Shown piece by piece: positions 52,301 to 64,000 of a stretch of DNA of 64,000 nucleotides. Each line of letters begins with the position of its first letter. The stretch's first letter is position 1. Under the pieces are notes generated by a model, which did no database searches, was not told where the DNA came from, and worked only from the letters and a program-made list of their open reading frames with translations. The stretch lies in assembly GCF_009914755.1 (NCBI RefSeq), contig NC_060929.1; one strand, given 5' to 3'. The translations under genes and the position numbers were made by a program. The stretch is from the human T2T-CHM13v2.0 reference genome, Homo sapiens.

Positions 52301-55300
52301 GAAACAGTCTGTTTTTAAATTCTGTAAGTGGATATTCTGACATCTTGTGGCCTTCGTTGGAAACGGGATTTGTTCATATTCTGCTAGACAGAAGAATTCT
52401 CAGTAACTTCCTTGTGTTGTGTGTATTCAACTCACAGAGTTGAACGATGGTTTACACAGAGCAGATTTGAAACACTCTTTTTGTGGAATTTGCAAGTGGA
52501 GATTTCAGCCTCTTTGAGGTCAATGGTAGAAAAGGAAATATCTTCGTATAAAAACTAGACAGAATGATTCTCAGAAACTTCTTGGTGATGTGTGCGTTCA
52601 ACTCACAGAGTTTAACCTTTCTTTTCATAGAGCAGTTAGGAAACACTCTGTTTGTAAACTCTGCAAGTGGATATTCAGACCTCCTTGAGGCCTTCGATGG
52701 AAACGGGATTTCTTCATACTCTGCTAGACAGAAGAATTCTCAGTAACTTCCTTGTGTTGTGTGTATTCAACTCACAGAGTTGCACGATCCTTTACACAGA
52801 GCAGACTTGAAACACTCTTTTTGTGGAATTTGCAAGTGGAGATTTCAGCCGCGTTGAGGTCAATGGTAGAAGAGGAAATATCTTCGTATAAAAACTAGAC
52901 AGAATGATTCTCAGAAACTCCTTTGTGATGTGTGTGTTCAACTCACAGAGTTTAACCTTTCTTTTCATAGAGCAGTTAGGAATCACTCTGTTTGTAAAGT
53001 CTGCAAGTGGATATTCAGACCTCTTTGAGGCCTTCGTTGGAAACGGGTTTTTTTCATATAAGGCTAGACAGAAGAATTCCCAGTAACTTCCTTGTGTTGT
53101 GTGTGTAGAACTCACAGAGTTGAACTTTCATTTAGACAGAGCAGATTTGAAACACTCTTTTTGTGGAATTTGCAAATGGAGAATTCATGCACTTTGAGGC
53201 CAAAGGCAGAAAAGGAAATATCTTCGTATAAAAACTAGACAGAATCATTCTCAGAAACTGCTCTGCGATGTGTGCGTTCAACTCTCAGAGTTTAACTTTT
53301 CTTTTCATTCAGCAGTTTGGAAACACTCTGTTTGTAAAGTCTGCACGTGGATAATTTGACCACGTAGAAGCCTTCGATGGAAACGGGTTTTTTTCATGTA
53401 AGGCTAGACAGAAGAATTCTCATTAACTTCCTTGTGTTGTGTGTATTCAACTCACACAGTTGAACGATCCTTTACACAGAGTAGACTTGTAACACTCTTT
53501 TTGTGGAATTTGCAAGTGGAGATTTCAGCCGCTTTGAAGTCAAAGGTAGAAAAGGAAATATCTTCCTATAAAAACTAGACAGAATGATTCTCAGAAACTC
53601 CTTTGTGATGTGTGCGTTCAACTCACAGAGTTTAACCTTTCTTTTCATAGAGCAGTTAGGAAACACTCTGTTTGTAAAGTCTGCAAGTGGATATTCAGAC
53701 CTCTTTGAGGCCTTCGTTGGAAACGGGTTTTTTTCATATAAGGCTAGACAGAAGAATTCCCAGTAACTTCCTTGTGTTGTGTGTGTTCAACTCACAGAGT
53801 TGAACTTTCATTTACACAGAGCAGATTTGAAACACTCTTTTTGTGGAATTTGCAAGAGGAGATTTCAAGCGCTTTGAGGCCAAAGACAGAAAAGGAAATA
53901 TCTTCGTATAAAAACTAGACAGAATCATTCTCAGAAACTGCTCTGCGATGTGTGCGTACAACTCTCAGACTTTAACTTTTCTTTTCATTCAGCAGTTTGG
54001 AAACACTCTGTTTGTAAAGTCTGCACGTGGATAATTTGACCACTTAGAGGCCTTCGTTGGAAACGGGTTTTTTTCATGTAAGGCTAGACAGAAGAATTCT
54101 CAGTAACTTCCTTGTGTTGTGTGTATTCAACTCACACAGTTGACCGATCCTTTACACAGAGCAGACTTGTAACACTCTTTTTGTGGAATTTGCAAGTGGA
54201 GATTTCAGCCGCTTTGAAGTCAAAGGTAGAAAAGGAAATATCTTCCTATAAAAACTAGACAGAATGATTCTCAGAAACTCCTTTGTGATGTGTGCGTTCA
54301 ACTCACAGAGGTTAACCTTTCTTTTCATAGAGCAGTTAGGAAACACTCTGTTTGTAAAGTCTGCAAGTGGATATTCAGACCTCTTTGAGGCCTTCATTGG
54401 AAACGGGTTTTTTTCATAGAAGGCTAGACAGAAGAGTTCCCAGTAACTTCCTTGTGTTGTGTATGTTCAACTCTGTGAGTTGAACTTTCATTTACACAGA
54501 GCAGATTTGAAACACTCTTTTTGTGGAATTTGCAAGTGGAGATTTCAAGCGCTTTGAGGCCAAAGGCAGAAAAGGAAATATCTTCGTATAAAAACTAGAC
54601 AGAATCATTCTCAGAAACTGCTCTGCGATGTGTGCGTTCAACTCTCAGAGTTTAACTTTTCTTTTCATTCAGCAGTTTGGAAACACTCTGTTTGTAAAGT
54701 CTGCACGTGGATATTTTGACCACTTAGAGGCCTTCGTTGGAAACGGGTTTTTTTCCTGTAAGGCTAGACAGAAGAATTCCCAGTAACTTCCTTGTGTTGT
54801 GTACATTCAACTCACAGAGTTGAACGTTCCCTTAGACAGAGCAGATTTGAAACACTCTTTTTGTGCAATTGGCAAGTGGAGATTTCAAGCGCTTTAAGGT
54901 CAATGGCAGAAAAGGAAATATCTTCGTTTCAAAACTAGACAGAATCATTCCCACAAACTGCGTTGTGATGTGCTCGTTCATCTCACAGAGTTTAACCTTT
55001 CTTTTCATAGAGCAGTTAGGAAACAGTGTGTTTGTAAATTCTGTAAGTGGATATTCTGACATCTTGTGGCCTTCGTTGGAAACGGGATTTCTTCATATTC
55101 TGCTAGACAGAAGAATTCTCAGAATCTTCCTTGTGTTGTGTGTATTCCACTCACAGAGTTGAACGATGGTTTACACAGAGCAGATTTGAAACACTCTTTG
55201 TGTGGAATTTGCAAGTGGAGATTTCAGCCGCTTTGAGGTCAATGGTAGAAAAGGAAATATCTTCGTATAAAAACTAGACAGAATGATTCTCAGAAACTTC

Positions 55301-57151
55301 TTTGTGATGTGTGCGTTCAACTCACAGAGTTTAACCTTTCTTTTCATAGAGCAGTTAGGAAACACTCTGTTTGTAAACTCTGCAAGTGGATATTCAGACC
55401 TCTTTGAGGCCTTCGTTGGAAACGGGATTTCTTCATACTGTGCTAGACAGAAGAATTCTCAGTAACTTCCTTGTGTTGTGTGTATTCAACTCACAGAGTT
55501 GAACGATCCTTTACACAGAGCAGATTTGAAACACTCTTTTTGTGGAATTTGCAAGTGGAGATTTCAGCCGCTTTGAGGTCAATGGTAGAAAAGGGAATAT
55601 CTTCGTATAAAAACTAGACAGAATGATTCTCAGAAACTTCTTGGTGATGTGTGCGTTCAACTCACAGAGTTTAACCTTTCTTTTCATAGAGCAGTTAGGA
55701 AACACTCTGTTTGAAAACTCTGCAAGTGGATATTCAGACCTCCTTGAGGCCTTCGTTGGAAACGGGATTTCTTCATACGGTGCTAGATAGAAGAATTCTC
55801 AGTAACTTCCTTGTGTTGTGTGTATTCAACTCACAGAGTTGAACGATCCTTTACACAGAGCAGACTTGAAACACTCTTTTTGTGGAATTTGCAAGTGGAG
55901 ATTTCAGCCGCGTTGAGGTCAATGGTAGAAGAGGAAATATCTTCGTATAAAAACTAGACAGAATGATTCTCAGAAACTCCTTTGTGATGTGTGTGTTCAA
56001 CTCACAGAGTTTAACCTTTCTTTTCATAGAGCAGTTAGGAATCACTCTGTTTGTAAAGTCTGCAAGTGGATATTCAGACCTCTTTGAGGCCTTCGTTGGA
56101 AACGGGTTTTTTCATATAAGGCTAGACAGAAGAATTCCCAGTAACTTCCTTGTGTTGTGTATGTTGAACTCACAGAGTTGAACTTTCATTTACACAGAGC
56201 AGATTTGAAACACTCTTTTTGTGGAATTTGCAAATGGAGATTTCAAGCACTTTGAGGCCAAAGGCAGAAAAGGAAATATCTTCATATAAAAACTAGACAG
56301 AATCATTCTCAGAAACTGCTCTGCGATGTGTGCGTTCAACTCTCAGAGTTTAACTTTTCTTTTCATTCAGCAGTTTGGAAACACTCTGTTTGTAAAGTCT
56401 GCACGTGGATAATTTGATCACGTAGAGGCCTTCGATGGAAACGGTTTTTTTTCATGTAAGGCTAGACAGAAGAATTCTCAGTAACTTCCTTGTGTTGTGT
56501 GTATTCAACTCACACAGTTGAACGATCCTTTACACAGAGCAGACTTGTAACACTCTTTTTGTGGAATTTGCAAGTGGAGATTTCAGCCGCTTTGAAGTCA
56601 AAGGTAGAAAAGGAAATATCTTCCTATAAAAACTAGACAGAATGATTCTCAGAAACTCCTTTGTGATGTGTGCGTTCAACTCACAGAGTTTAACCTTTCT
56701 TTTCATAGAGTAGTTAGGAAACACTCTGCTTGTAAAGTCTGCAAGTGGATATTCAGCCCTCTTTGAGGCCTTCGTTGGAAACGGGTTTTTTTCATATAAG
56801 GCTAGACAGAAGAATTCCCAGTAACTTCCTTGTGTTGTGTGTGTTCAACTCACAGAGTTGAACTTTGATTTACACAGAGCAGATTTGAAACACTCTTTTT
56901 GTGGAATTTGCAAGTGGAGATTTCAAGCGCTTTGAGGCCAAAGGCAGAAAAGGAAATATCTTCGTATAAAAACTAGACAGAATCATTCTCAGAAACTGCT
57001 CTGCGATGTGTGCGTTCAACTCTCAGAGTTTAACTTTTCTTTTCATTCAGCAGTTTGGAAACACTCTGTTTGTAAAGTCTGCACGTGGATATTTTGACCA
57101 CTTAGAGGCCTTCGTTGGAAACGGGTTTTTTTCCTGTAAGGCTAGACAGAA
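49341..57151 (+). repeat. 7811-bp super-repeat copy B (8+8+16+14 monomers)
   Basis: R starts at 49341, 50698, 52055, 54774 and 57152. Shares ctcatttggtgg, cataccgtgct, gagaattcatgcac, tgaccgatcc, catacggtgctagatag and tttgatcacgtag with copy A. Confidence 0.82.
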
Positions 57152-60100
57152 GAATTCCCAGTAACTTCCTTGTGTTGTGTACATTCAACTCACAGAGTTG
57201 AACGTTCCCTTAGACAGAGCAGATTTGAAACACTCTTTTTGTGCAATTGGCAAGTGGAGATTTCAAGCGCTTTGAGGTCAATGGCAGAAAAGGAAATATC
57301 TTCGTTTCAAAACTAGACAGAATCATTCCCACAAACTGCGTTGTGATGTGTTCGTTCAACTCACAGAGTTTAACCTTTCTTTTCATAGAGCAGTTAGGAA
57401 ACAGTCTGTTTGAAAATTCTGTAAGTGGATATTCTGACATCTTGTGGCCTTCGTTGGAAACGGGATTTCTTCATATTCTGCTAGACAGAAGAATTCTCAG
57501 AATCTTCCTTGTGTTGTGTGTATTCAACTCACAGAGTTGAACGATGGTTTACACAGAGCAGATTTGAAACACTCATTTGGTGGAATTTGCAAGTGGAGAT
57601 TTCAGCCGCTTTGAGGTCAATGGTAGAAAAGGAAATATCTTCGTATAACAACTAGACAGAATGATTCTCAGAAACTTCTTTGTGATGTGTGTGTTCATCT
57701 CACAGAGTTTAACCTTTCTTTTCATAGAGCAGTTAGGAAACACTGTGTTTTTAAACTCTGCAAGTGGATATTCAGACCTCTTTGAGGCCTTCGTTGGAAA
57801 CGGGATTTCTTCATACTGTGCTAGACAGAAGAATTCTCAGTAACTTCCTTGTGTTGTGTGTATTCAACTCACAGAGTTGAACGATCCTTTACACAGAGCA
57901 GACTTGAAACACTCTTTTTGTGGAATTTGCAAGTGGAGATTTCAGCCGCGTTGAGGTCAATGGTAGAAAAGGAAATATCTTCGTATAAAAACTAGACAGA
58001 ATGATTCTCAGAAACTCCTTTGAGATGTGTGTGTTCAACTCACAGAGTTTAACATTTCTTTTCATAGAGCAGTTAGGAATCACTCTGTTTGTAAAGTCTG
58101 CAAGTGGATATTCAGACCTCTTTGAGGCCTTCGTTGGAAACGGGTTTTTTTCATATAAGGCTAGACAGAAGAATTCCCAGTAACTTCCTTGTGTTGTGTG
58201 TGTTCAACTCACAGAGTTGAACTTTCATTGACACAGAGCAGATTTGAAACACTCTTTTTGTGGAATTTGCAAATGGAGATTTCAAGCGCTTTGGGGCCAA
58301 AGGCAGAAAAGGAAATATCTTCGTATAAAAACTAGACAGAATCATTCTCAGAAACTGCTCTGCGATGTGTGCGTTCAACTCTCAGAGTTTAACTTTGCTT
58401 TTCATTCAGCAGTTTGGAAACACTCTGTTTGTAAAGTCTGCACGTGGATAATTTGACCACTTAGAGGCCTTCGTTGGAAACGGGTTTTTTTCATGTAAGG
58501 CTAGACAGAAGAATTCTCAGTAACTTCCTTGTGTTGTGTGTATTCAACTCACAGAGTTGAACGATCCTTTACACAGAGCAGGCTTGTAACACTCTTTTTG
58601 TGGAATTTGCAAGTGGAGATTTCAGCCGCTTTGAAGTCAAAGGTAGAAAAGGAAATATCTTCCTATAAAAACTAGACAGAATGATTCTCAGAAACTCCTT
58701 TGTGATGTGTGCGTTCAACTCACAGAGTTTAACCTTTCTTTTCATAGAGGAGTTAGGAAACACTCTGTTTGTAAAGTCTGCAAGTGGATATTCAGACCTC
58801 TTTGAGGCCTTCGTTGGAAACGGGTTTTTTTCATATAAGGCTAGACAGAAGAATTCCCAGTAACTTCCTTGTGTTGTGTGTGTTCAACTCACAGAGTTGA
58901 ACTTTCATTTACACAGAGCAGATTTGAAACACTCTTTTTGTGGAATTTGCAATTGGAGATTTCAAGCGCTTTGAGGCCAAAGGCAGAAAAGGAAATATCT
59001 TCGTATAAAAACTAGACAGAATCATTCTCAGAAACTGCTCTGTGATGTGTGCGTTCAACTCTCAGAGTTTAACTTTTCTTTTCATTCAGCAATTTGGAAA
59101 CACTCTGTTTGTAAGGTCTGCACGTGGATAATTTGACCACTTAGAGGCCTTCGTTGGAAACGGGTTTTTTTCATGTAAGGCTAGACAGAAGAGTTCTCAG
59201 TAACTTCCTTGTGTTGTGTGTATTCAACTCACACAATTGAACGATCCTTTACAGAGAGCAGACTTGTAACACTCTTTTTGTGGAATTTGCAAGTGGAGAT
59301 TTCAGCCGCTTTGAAGTCAAAGTAGAAAAGGAAATATCTTCCTATAAAAACTAGACAGAATGATTCTCAGAAATTCCTTTGTGATGTGTGCGTTCAACTC
59401 ACAGAGTTTAACCTTTCTTTTCATAGAGCAGTTAGGAAACACTCTGTTTGTAAAGTCTGCAAGTGGATATTCAGACCTCTTTGAGGCCTTCGTTGGAAAC
59501 GGGTTTTTTTCATATAAGGCTAGACAGAAGAATTCCCAGTAACTTCCTTGTGTTGTGTGTGTTCAACTCACAGAGTTGAACTTTCATTTACACAGAGCAG
59601 ATTTGAAACACTCTTTTTGTGGAATTTGCAGGTGGAGATTTCAAGCGCTTTGAGGCCAAAGGCAGAAAAGGAAATATCTTCGTATAAAAACTAGACAGAA
59701 TCATTCTCAGAAACTGCTCTGCGATGTGTGCGTTCAACTCTCAGAGTTTAACTTTGCTTTTCATTCAGCAGTTTGGAAACACTCTGTTTGTAAAGTCTGC
59801 ACGTGGATAATTTGACCACTTAGAGGCCTTCGTTGGAAACGGGTTTTTTTCATGTAAGGCTGGACAGAAGAATTCTCAGTAACTTCCTTGTGTTGTGTGT
59901 ATTCAACTCACACAGTTGAACGATCCTTTACACAGAGCAGACTTGTAACACTCTTTTTGTGGAATTTGCAAGTGGAGATTTCAGCCGCTTTGAAGACAAA
60001 GGTAGAAAAGGAAATATCTTCCTATAAAAACTAGACAGAATGATTCTCAGAAACTCCTTTGTGATGTGTGCGTTCAACTCACAGAGTTTAACCTTTCTTT

Positions 60101-60549
60101 TCATAGAGCAGTTAGGAAACACTCTGCTTGTAAAGTCTGCAAGTGGATATTCAGCCCTCTTTGAGGCCTTCGTTGGAAACGGGTTTTTTTCATATAAGGC
60201 TAGACAGAAGAATTCCCAGTAACTTCCTTGTGTTGTGTGTGTTCAACTCATAGAGTTGAACTTTGATTTACACAGAGCAGATTTGAAACACTCTTTTTGT
60301 GGAATTTGCAAGTGGAGATTTCAAGCGCTTTGAGGCCAAAGGCAGAAAAGGAAATATCTTCGTATAAAAACTAGACAGAATCATTCTCAGAAACTGCTCT
60401 GCGATGTGTGCGTTCAACTCTCAGAGTTTAACTTTTCTTTTCATTCAGCAGTTTGGAAACACTCTGTTTGTAAAGTCTGCACGTGGATATTTTGACCACT
60501 TAGAGGCCTTCGTTGGAAACGGGTTTTTTTCCTGTAAGGCTAGACAGAA
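57152..60549 (+). repeat. 20-monomer HOR (3398 bp), a return to the R-S-T-Q-P-Q-P'-Q-P''-Q'' structure
   Basis: R starts at 57152 and 60550. P' (gagttctc plus the 1-bp deletion aagtcaaagtag) reappears at ~59190-59330. Confidence 0.85.
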
Positions 60550-63263
60550 GAATTCCCAGTAACTTCCTTGTGTTGTGTACATTCAACTCACAGAGTTGAA
60601 CGTTCCCTTAGACAGAGCAGATTTGAAACACTCTTTTTGTGCAATTGGCAAGTGGAGATTTCAAGCGCTTTAAGGTCAATGGCAGAAAAGGAAATATCTT
60701 CGTTTCAAAACTAGACAGAATCATTCCCACAAACTGCGTTGTGATGTGTTCGTTCATCTCACAGAGTTTAACCTTTCTTTTCATAGAGCAGTTAGGAAAC
60801 ACTCTGTTTGTAAATTCTGTAAGTGGATATTCTGACATCTTGTGGCCTTCGTTGGAAACGGGATTTCTTCATATTCTGCTAGACAGAAGAATTCTCAGAA
60901 TCTTCCTTGTGTTGTGTGTATTCAACTCACACAGTTGAACGATGGTTTACACAGAGCAGATTTGAAACACTCTTTTTGTGGAATTTGCAAGTGGAGATTT
61001 CAGCCGCTTTGAGGTCAATGGTAGAAAAGGAAATATCTTCGTATAAAAACTAGACAGAATGATTCTCAGAAACTTCTTTGTGATGTGTGCGTTCAGCTCA
61101 CAGAGTTTAACCTTTCTTTTCATAGAGCAGTTAGGAAACACTCTGTTTGTAAACTCTGCAAGTGGATATTCAGACCTCTTTGAGGCCTTCGTTGGAAACG
61201 GGATTTCTTCATACTGTGCTAGACAGAAGAATTCTCAGTAACTTCCTTGTGTTGTGTGTATTCAACTCACAGAGTTGAACGATCCTTTACACAGAGCAGA
61301 CTTGAAACACTCTTTTTGTGGAATTTGCAAGTGGAGATTTCAGCCGCGTTGAGGTCAATGGTAGAAAAGGAAATATCTTCGTATAAAAACTAGACAGAAT
61401 GATTCTCAGAAACTCCTTTGAGATGTGTGTGTTCAACTCACAGAGTTTAACCTTTCTTTTCATAGAGCAGTTAGGAATCACTCTGTTTGTAAAGTCTGCA
61501 AGTGGATATTCAGACCTCTTTGAGGCCTTCGTTGGAAACGGGTTTTTTTCATATAAGGCTAGACAGAAGAATTCCCAGTAACTTCCTTGTGTTGTGTGTG
61601 TTCAACTCACAGAGTTGAACTTTCATTTACACAGAGCAGATTTGAAACACTCTTTTTGTGGAATTTGCAAATGGAGATTTCAAGCGCTTTGAGGCCAAAG
61701 GCAGAAAAGGAAATATCTTCGTATAAAAACTAGACAGAATCATTCTCAGAAACTGCTCTGCGATGTGTGCGTTCAACTCTCAGAGTTTAACTTTTCTTTT
61801 CATTCAGCAGTTTGGAAACACTCTGTTTGTAACGTCTGCACGTGAATAATTTGACCACTTAGAGGCCTTCGTTGGAAACGGGTTTTTTTCATGTAAGGCT
61901 AGACAGAAGAATTCTCAGTAACTTCCTTGTGTTGTGTGTATTCAACTCACAGAGTTGAACGATCCTTTACACAGAGCAGACTTGTAACACTCTTTTTGTG
62001 GAATTTGCAAGTGGAGATTTCAGCCGCTTTGAAGTCAAAGTAGAAAAGGAAATATCTTCCTATAAAAACTAGACAGAATGATTCTCAGAAACTCCTTTGT
62101 GATGTGTGCGTTCAACTCACAGAGTTTAACCTTTCTTTTCATAGAGCAGTTAGGAAACACTCTGTTTGTAAAGTCTGCAAGTGGATATTCAGACCTCTTT
62201 GAGGCCTTCGTTGGAAACGGGTTTTTTTCATATAAGGCTAGACAGAAGAATTCCCAGTAACTTCCTTGTGTTGTGTGTGTTCAACTCACAGAGTTGAACT
62301 TTCATTTACACAGAGCAGATTTGAAACACTCTTTTTGTGGAATTTGCAGGTGGAGATTTCAAGCGCTTTGAGGCCAAAGGCCGAAAAGGAAATATCTTCG
62401 TATAAAAACTAGACAGAATCATTCTCAGAAACTGCTCTGCGATGTGTGCGTTCAACTCTCAGAGTTTAACTTTTCTTTTCATTCAGCAGTTTGGAAACAC
62501 TCTGTTTGTAAAGTCTGCACGTGGATAATTTGACCACTTAGAGGCCTTCGTTGGAAACGGGTTTTTTTCATGTAAGGCTAGACAGAAGAATTCTCAGTAA
62601 CTTCCTTGTGTTGTGTGTATTCAACTCACACAGTTGAACGATCCTTTACACAGAGCAGACTTGTAACACTCTTTTTGTGGAATTTGCAAGTGGAGATTTC
62701 AGCCGCTTTGAAGTCAAAGGTAGAAAAGGAAATATCTTCCTATAAAAACTAGACAGAATGATTCTCAGAAACTCCTTTGTGATGTGTGCGTTCAACTCAC
62801 AGAGTTTAACCTTTCTTTTCATAGAGCAGTTAGGAAACACTCTGCTTGTAAAGTCTGCAAGTGGATATTCAGCCCTCTTTGAGGCCTTCGTTGGAAACGG
62901 GTTTTTTTCATATAAGGCTAGACAGAAGAATTCCCAGTAACTTCCTTGTGTTGTGTGTGTTCAACTCACGGAGTTGAACTTTGATTTACACAGAGCAGAT
63001 TTGAAACACTCTTTTTGTGGAATTTGCAAGTGGAGATTTCAAGCGCTTTGAGGCCAAAGGCAGGAAAGGGAATATCTTCGTATAAAAACTAGACAGAATC
63101 ATTCTCAGAAACTGCTCTGCGATGTGTGCGTTCAACTCTCAGAGTTTAACTTTTCTTTTCATTCAGCAGTTTGGAAACACTCTGTAAAGTCTGCACGTGG
63201 ATATTTTGACCACTTAGAGGCGTTCGTTGGAAACGGGTTTTTTTCCTGTAAGGCTAGACAGAA
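60550..63263 (+). repeat. 16-monomer HOR variant with the same 4-bp deletion as 26925-29638
   Basis: R-to-R distance 2714 bp. ctctgtaaagt at ~63180; aaaggccgaaa at ~62380. Confidence 0.85.
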
Positions 63264-64000
63264 GAATTCCCAGTAACTTCCTTGTGTTGTGTACATTCAA
63301 CTCACAGAGTTGAACGTTCCCTTAGACAGAGCAGATTTGAAACACTCTTTTTGTGCAATTGGCAAGTGGAGATTTCAAGCGCTTTGAGGTCAATGGCAGA
63401 AAAGGAAATATCTTCGTTTCAAAACTAGACAGAATCATTCCCACAAACTGCGTTGTGATGTGTTCGTTCAACTCACAGAGTTTAACCTTTCTTTTCATAG
63501 AGCAGTTAGGAAACAGTCTGTTTGAAAATTCTGTAAGTGGATATTCTGACATCTTGTGGCCTTCGTTGGAAACGGGATTTCTTCATATTCTGCTAGACAG
63601 AAGAATTCTCAGAATCTTCCTTGTGTTGTGTGTATTCAACTCACAGAGTTGAACGATGGTTTACAGAGAGCAGATTTGAAACACTCATTTGGTGGAATTT
63701 GCAAGTGGAGATTTCAGCCGCTTTGAGGTCAATGGTAGAAAAGGAAATATCTTCGTATAACAACTAGACAGAATGATTCTCAGAAACTTCTTTGTGATGT
63801 GTGTGTTCAACTCACAGAGTTTAACCTTTCTTTTCATAGAGCAGTTAGGAAACACTGTGTTTTTAAACTCTGCAAGTGGATATTCAGACCTCTTTGAGGC
63901 CTTCGTTGGAAACGGGTTTCTTCATACTGTGCTAGACAGAAGAATTCTCAGTAACTTCCTTGTGTTGTGTGTATTCAACTCACAGAGTTGAACGATCCTT

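Larger units (their letters stand above)
1..64000 (+). repeat. Centromeric alpha-satellite array, SF1 dimeric (J1/J2) HOR type; resembles the chr1/5/19 (D1Z7/D5Z2/D19Z3) family
   Basis: Continuous ~170-bp monomers with alphoid hallmarks (cattctcagaaact, gaaacactct, caagtggatatt, gaaaaggaaatatctt, aaaactagacagaa). Period is ~340 bp (EcoRI gaattc at 85 and 425; CENP-B boxes at 43, 383, 723). Same orientation throughout. The alpha-satellite call is secure; the chromosome assignment is from recall only. Confidence 0.98.

Noticed and set aside
36745-56112. T-run length variation after the CENP-B box (6 versus 7 T at ~36750, ~38446, ~56106)
   Set aside because: Isolated homopolymer indels cannot be distinguished from sequencing or consensus error.
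143-63991. About 250 short ORFs (MILRNSFVMC..., MFPNCSMKRK..., MQLASGDFKR...)
   Set aside because: They recur with the satellite period on both strands, overlap each other, open and close with single SNVs or indels, and resemble no protein family I recognise. They are translation artefacts, useful only as dimer-type markers.
1-64000. CRISPR-like or other repeat-spacer system
   Set aside because: There are no unique spacers and no associated genes; the entire unit is repeated.
1-64000. Mobile-element insertion (L1/Alu) or inversion within the array
   Set aside because: I saw no poly-A tail, non-alphoid segment or strand switch, and the ~340-bp phase is continuous.
1-64000. Definitive chromosome assignment
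   Set aside because: The chr1, chr5 and chr19 arrays share one HOR family and chr16 is related. Alignment to a T2T reference or HMM classification is needed.
1-64000. A previously undescribed gene-encoded biological system
   Set aside because: Nothing in the window supports one. The novelty, if any, is limited to HOR structural variants and their recombination history.

Overview
The whole 64 kb is one uninterrupted, single-orientation array of primate (almost certainly human) centromeric alpha satellite. It consists of ~170-bp monomers arranged as ~340-bp A/B dimers (suprachromosomal family 1, J1/J2-type), with a CENP-B box in every second monomer (~188 dimers). The sequence resembles the chromosome 1/5/19 live HOR family (D1Z7/D5Z2/D19Z3), but that assignment is from recall and is unverified; D16Z2 and other SF1 arrays are alternatives. 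I found no genes, RNA genes, L1/Alu insertions or inversions, and all listed ORFs are artefacts of the repeat. I see no evidence for a new protein-based system. The interesting content is the higher-order repeat (HOR) architecture. I distinguish five dimer types, with my own labels: P (cttgtaacac..aagtcaaaggtag..cttcctat), Q (aactttcat..gaggccaaagg..gcacgtgg), R (gtacattc..gtgcaattggc..cattcccacaaactgcg), S (gatggttt..aaacttctttg..catactgtg) and T (gccgcgttgagg..ggaatcac). R-to-R spacing gives HORs of 26, 20x6, 16, 18x2, 10, 12x2, 8x3, 22, 8x2, 16, 14, 20 and 16 monomers. A homogeneous 20-mer domain (R-S-T-Q-[P-Q]x3, ~3.4 kb) gives way to a divergent, structurally variable domain (~39-57 kb). 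That domain holds two equal-length 7.8-kb super-repeats and all the broken CENP-B boxes I noticed. The window then returns to the first haplotype.
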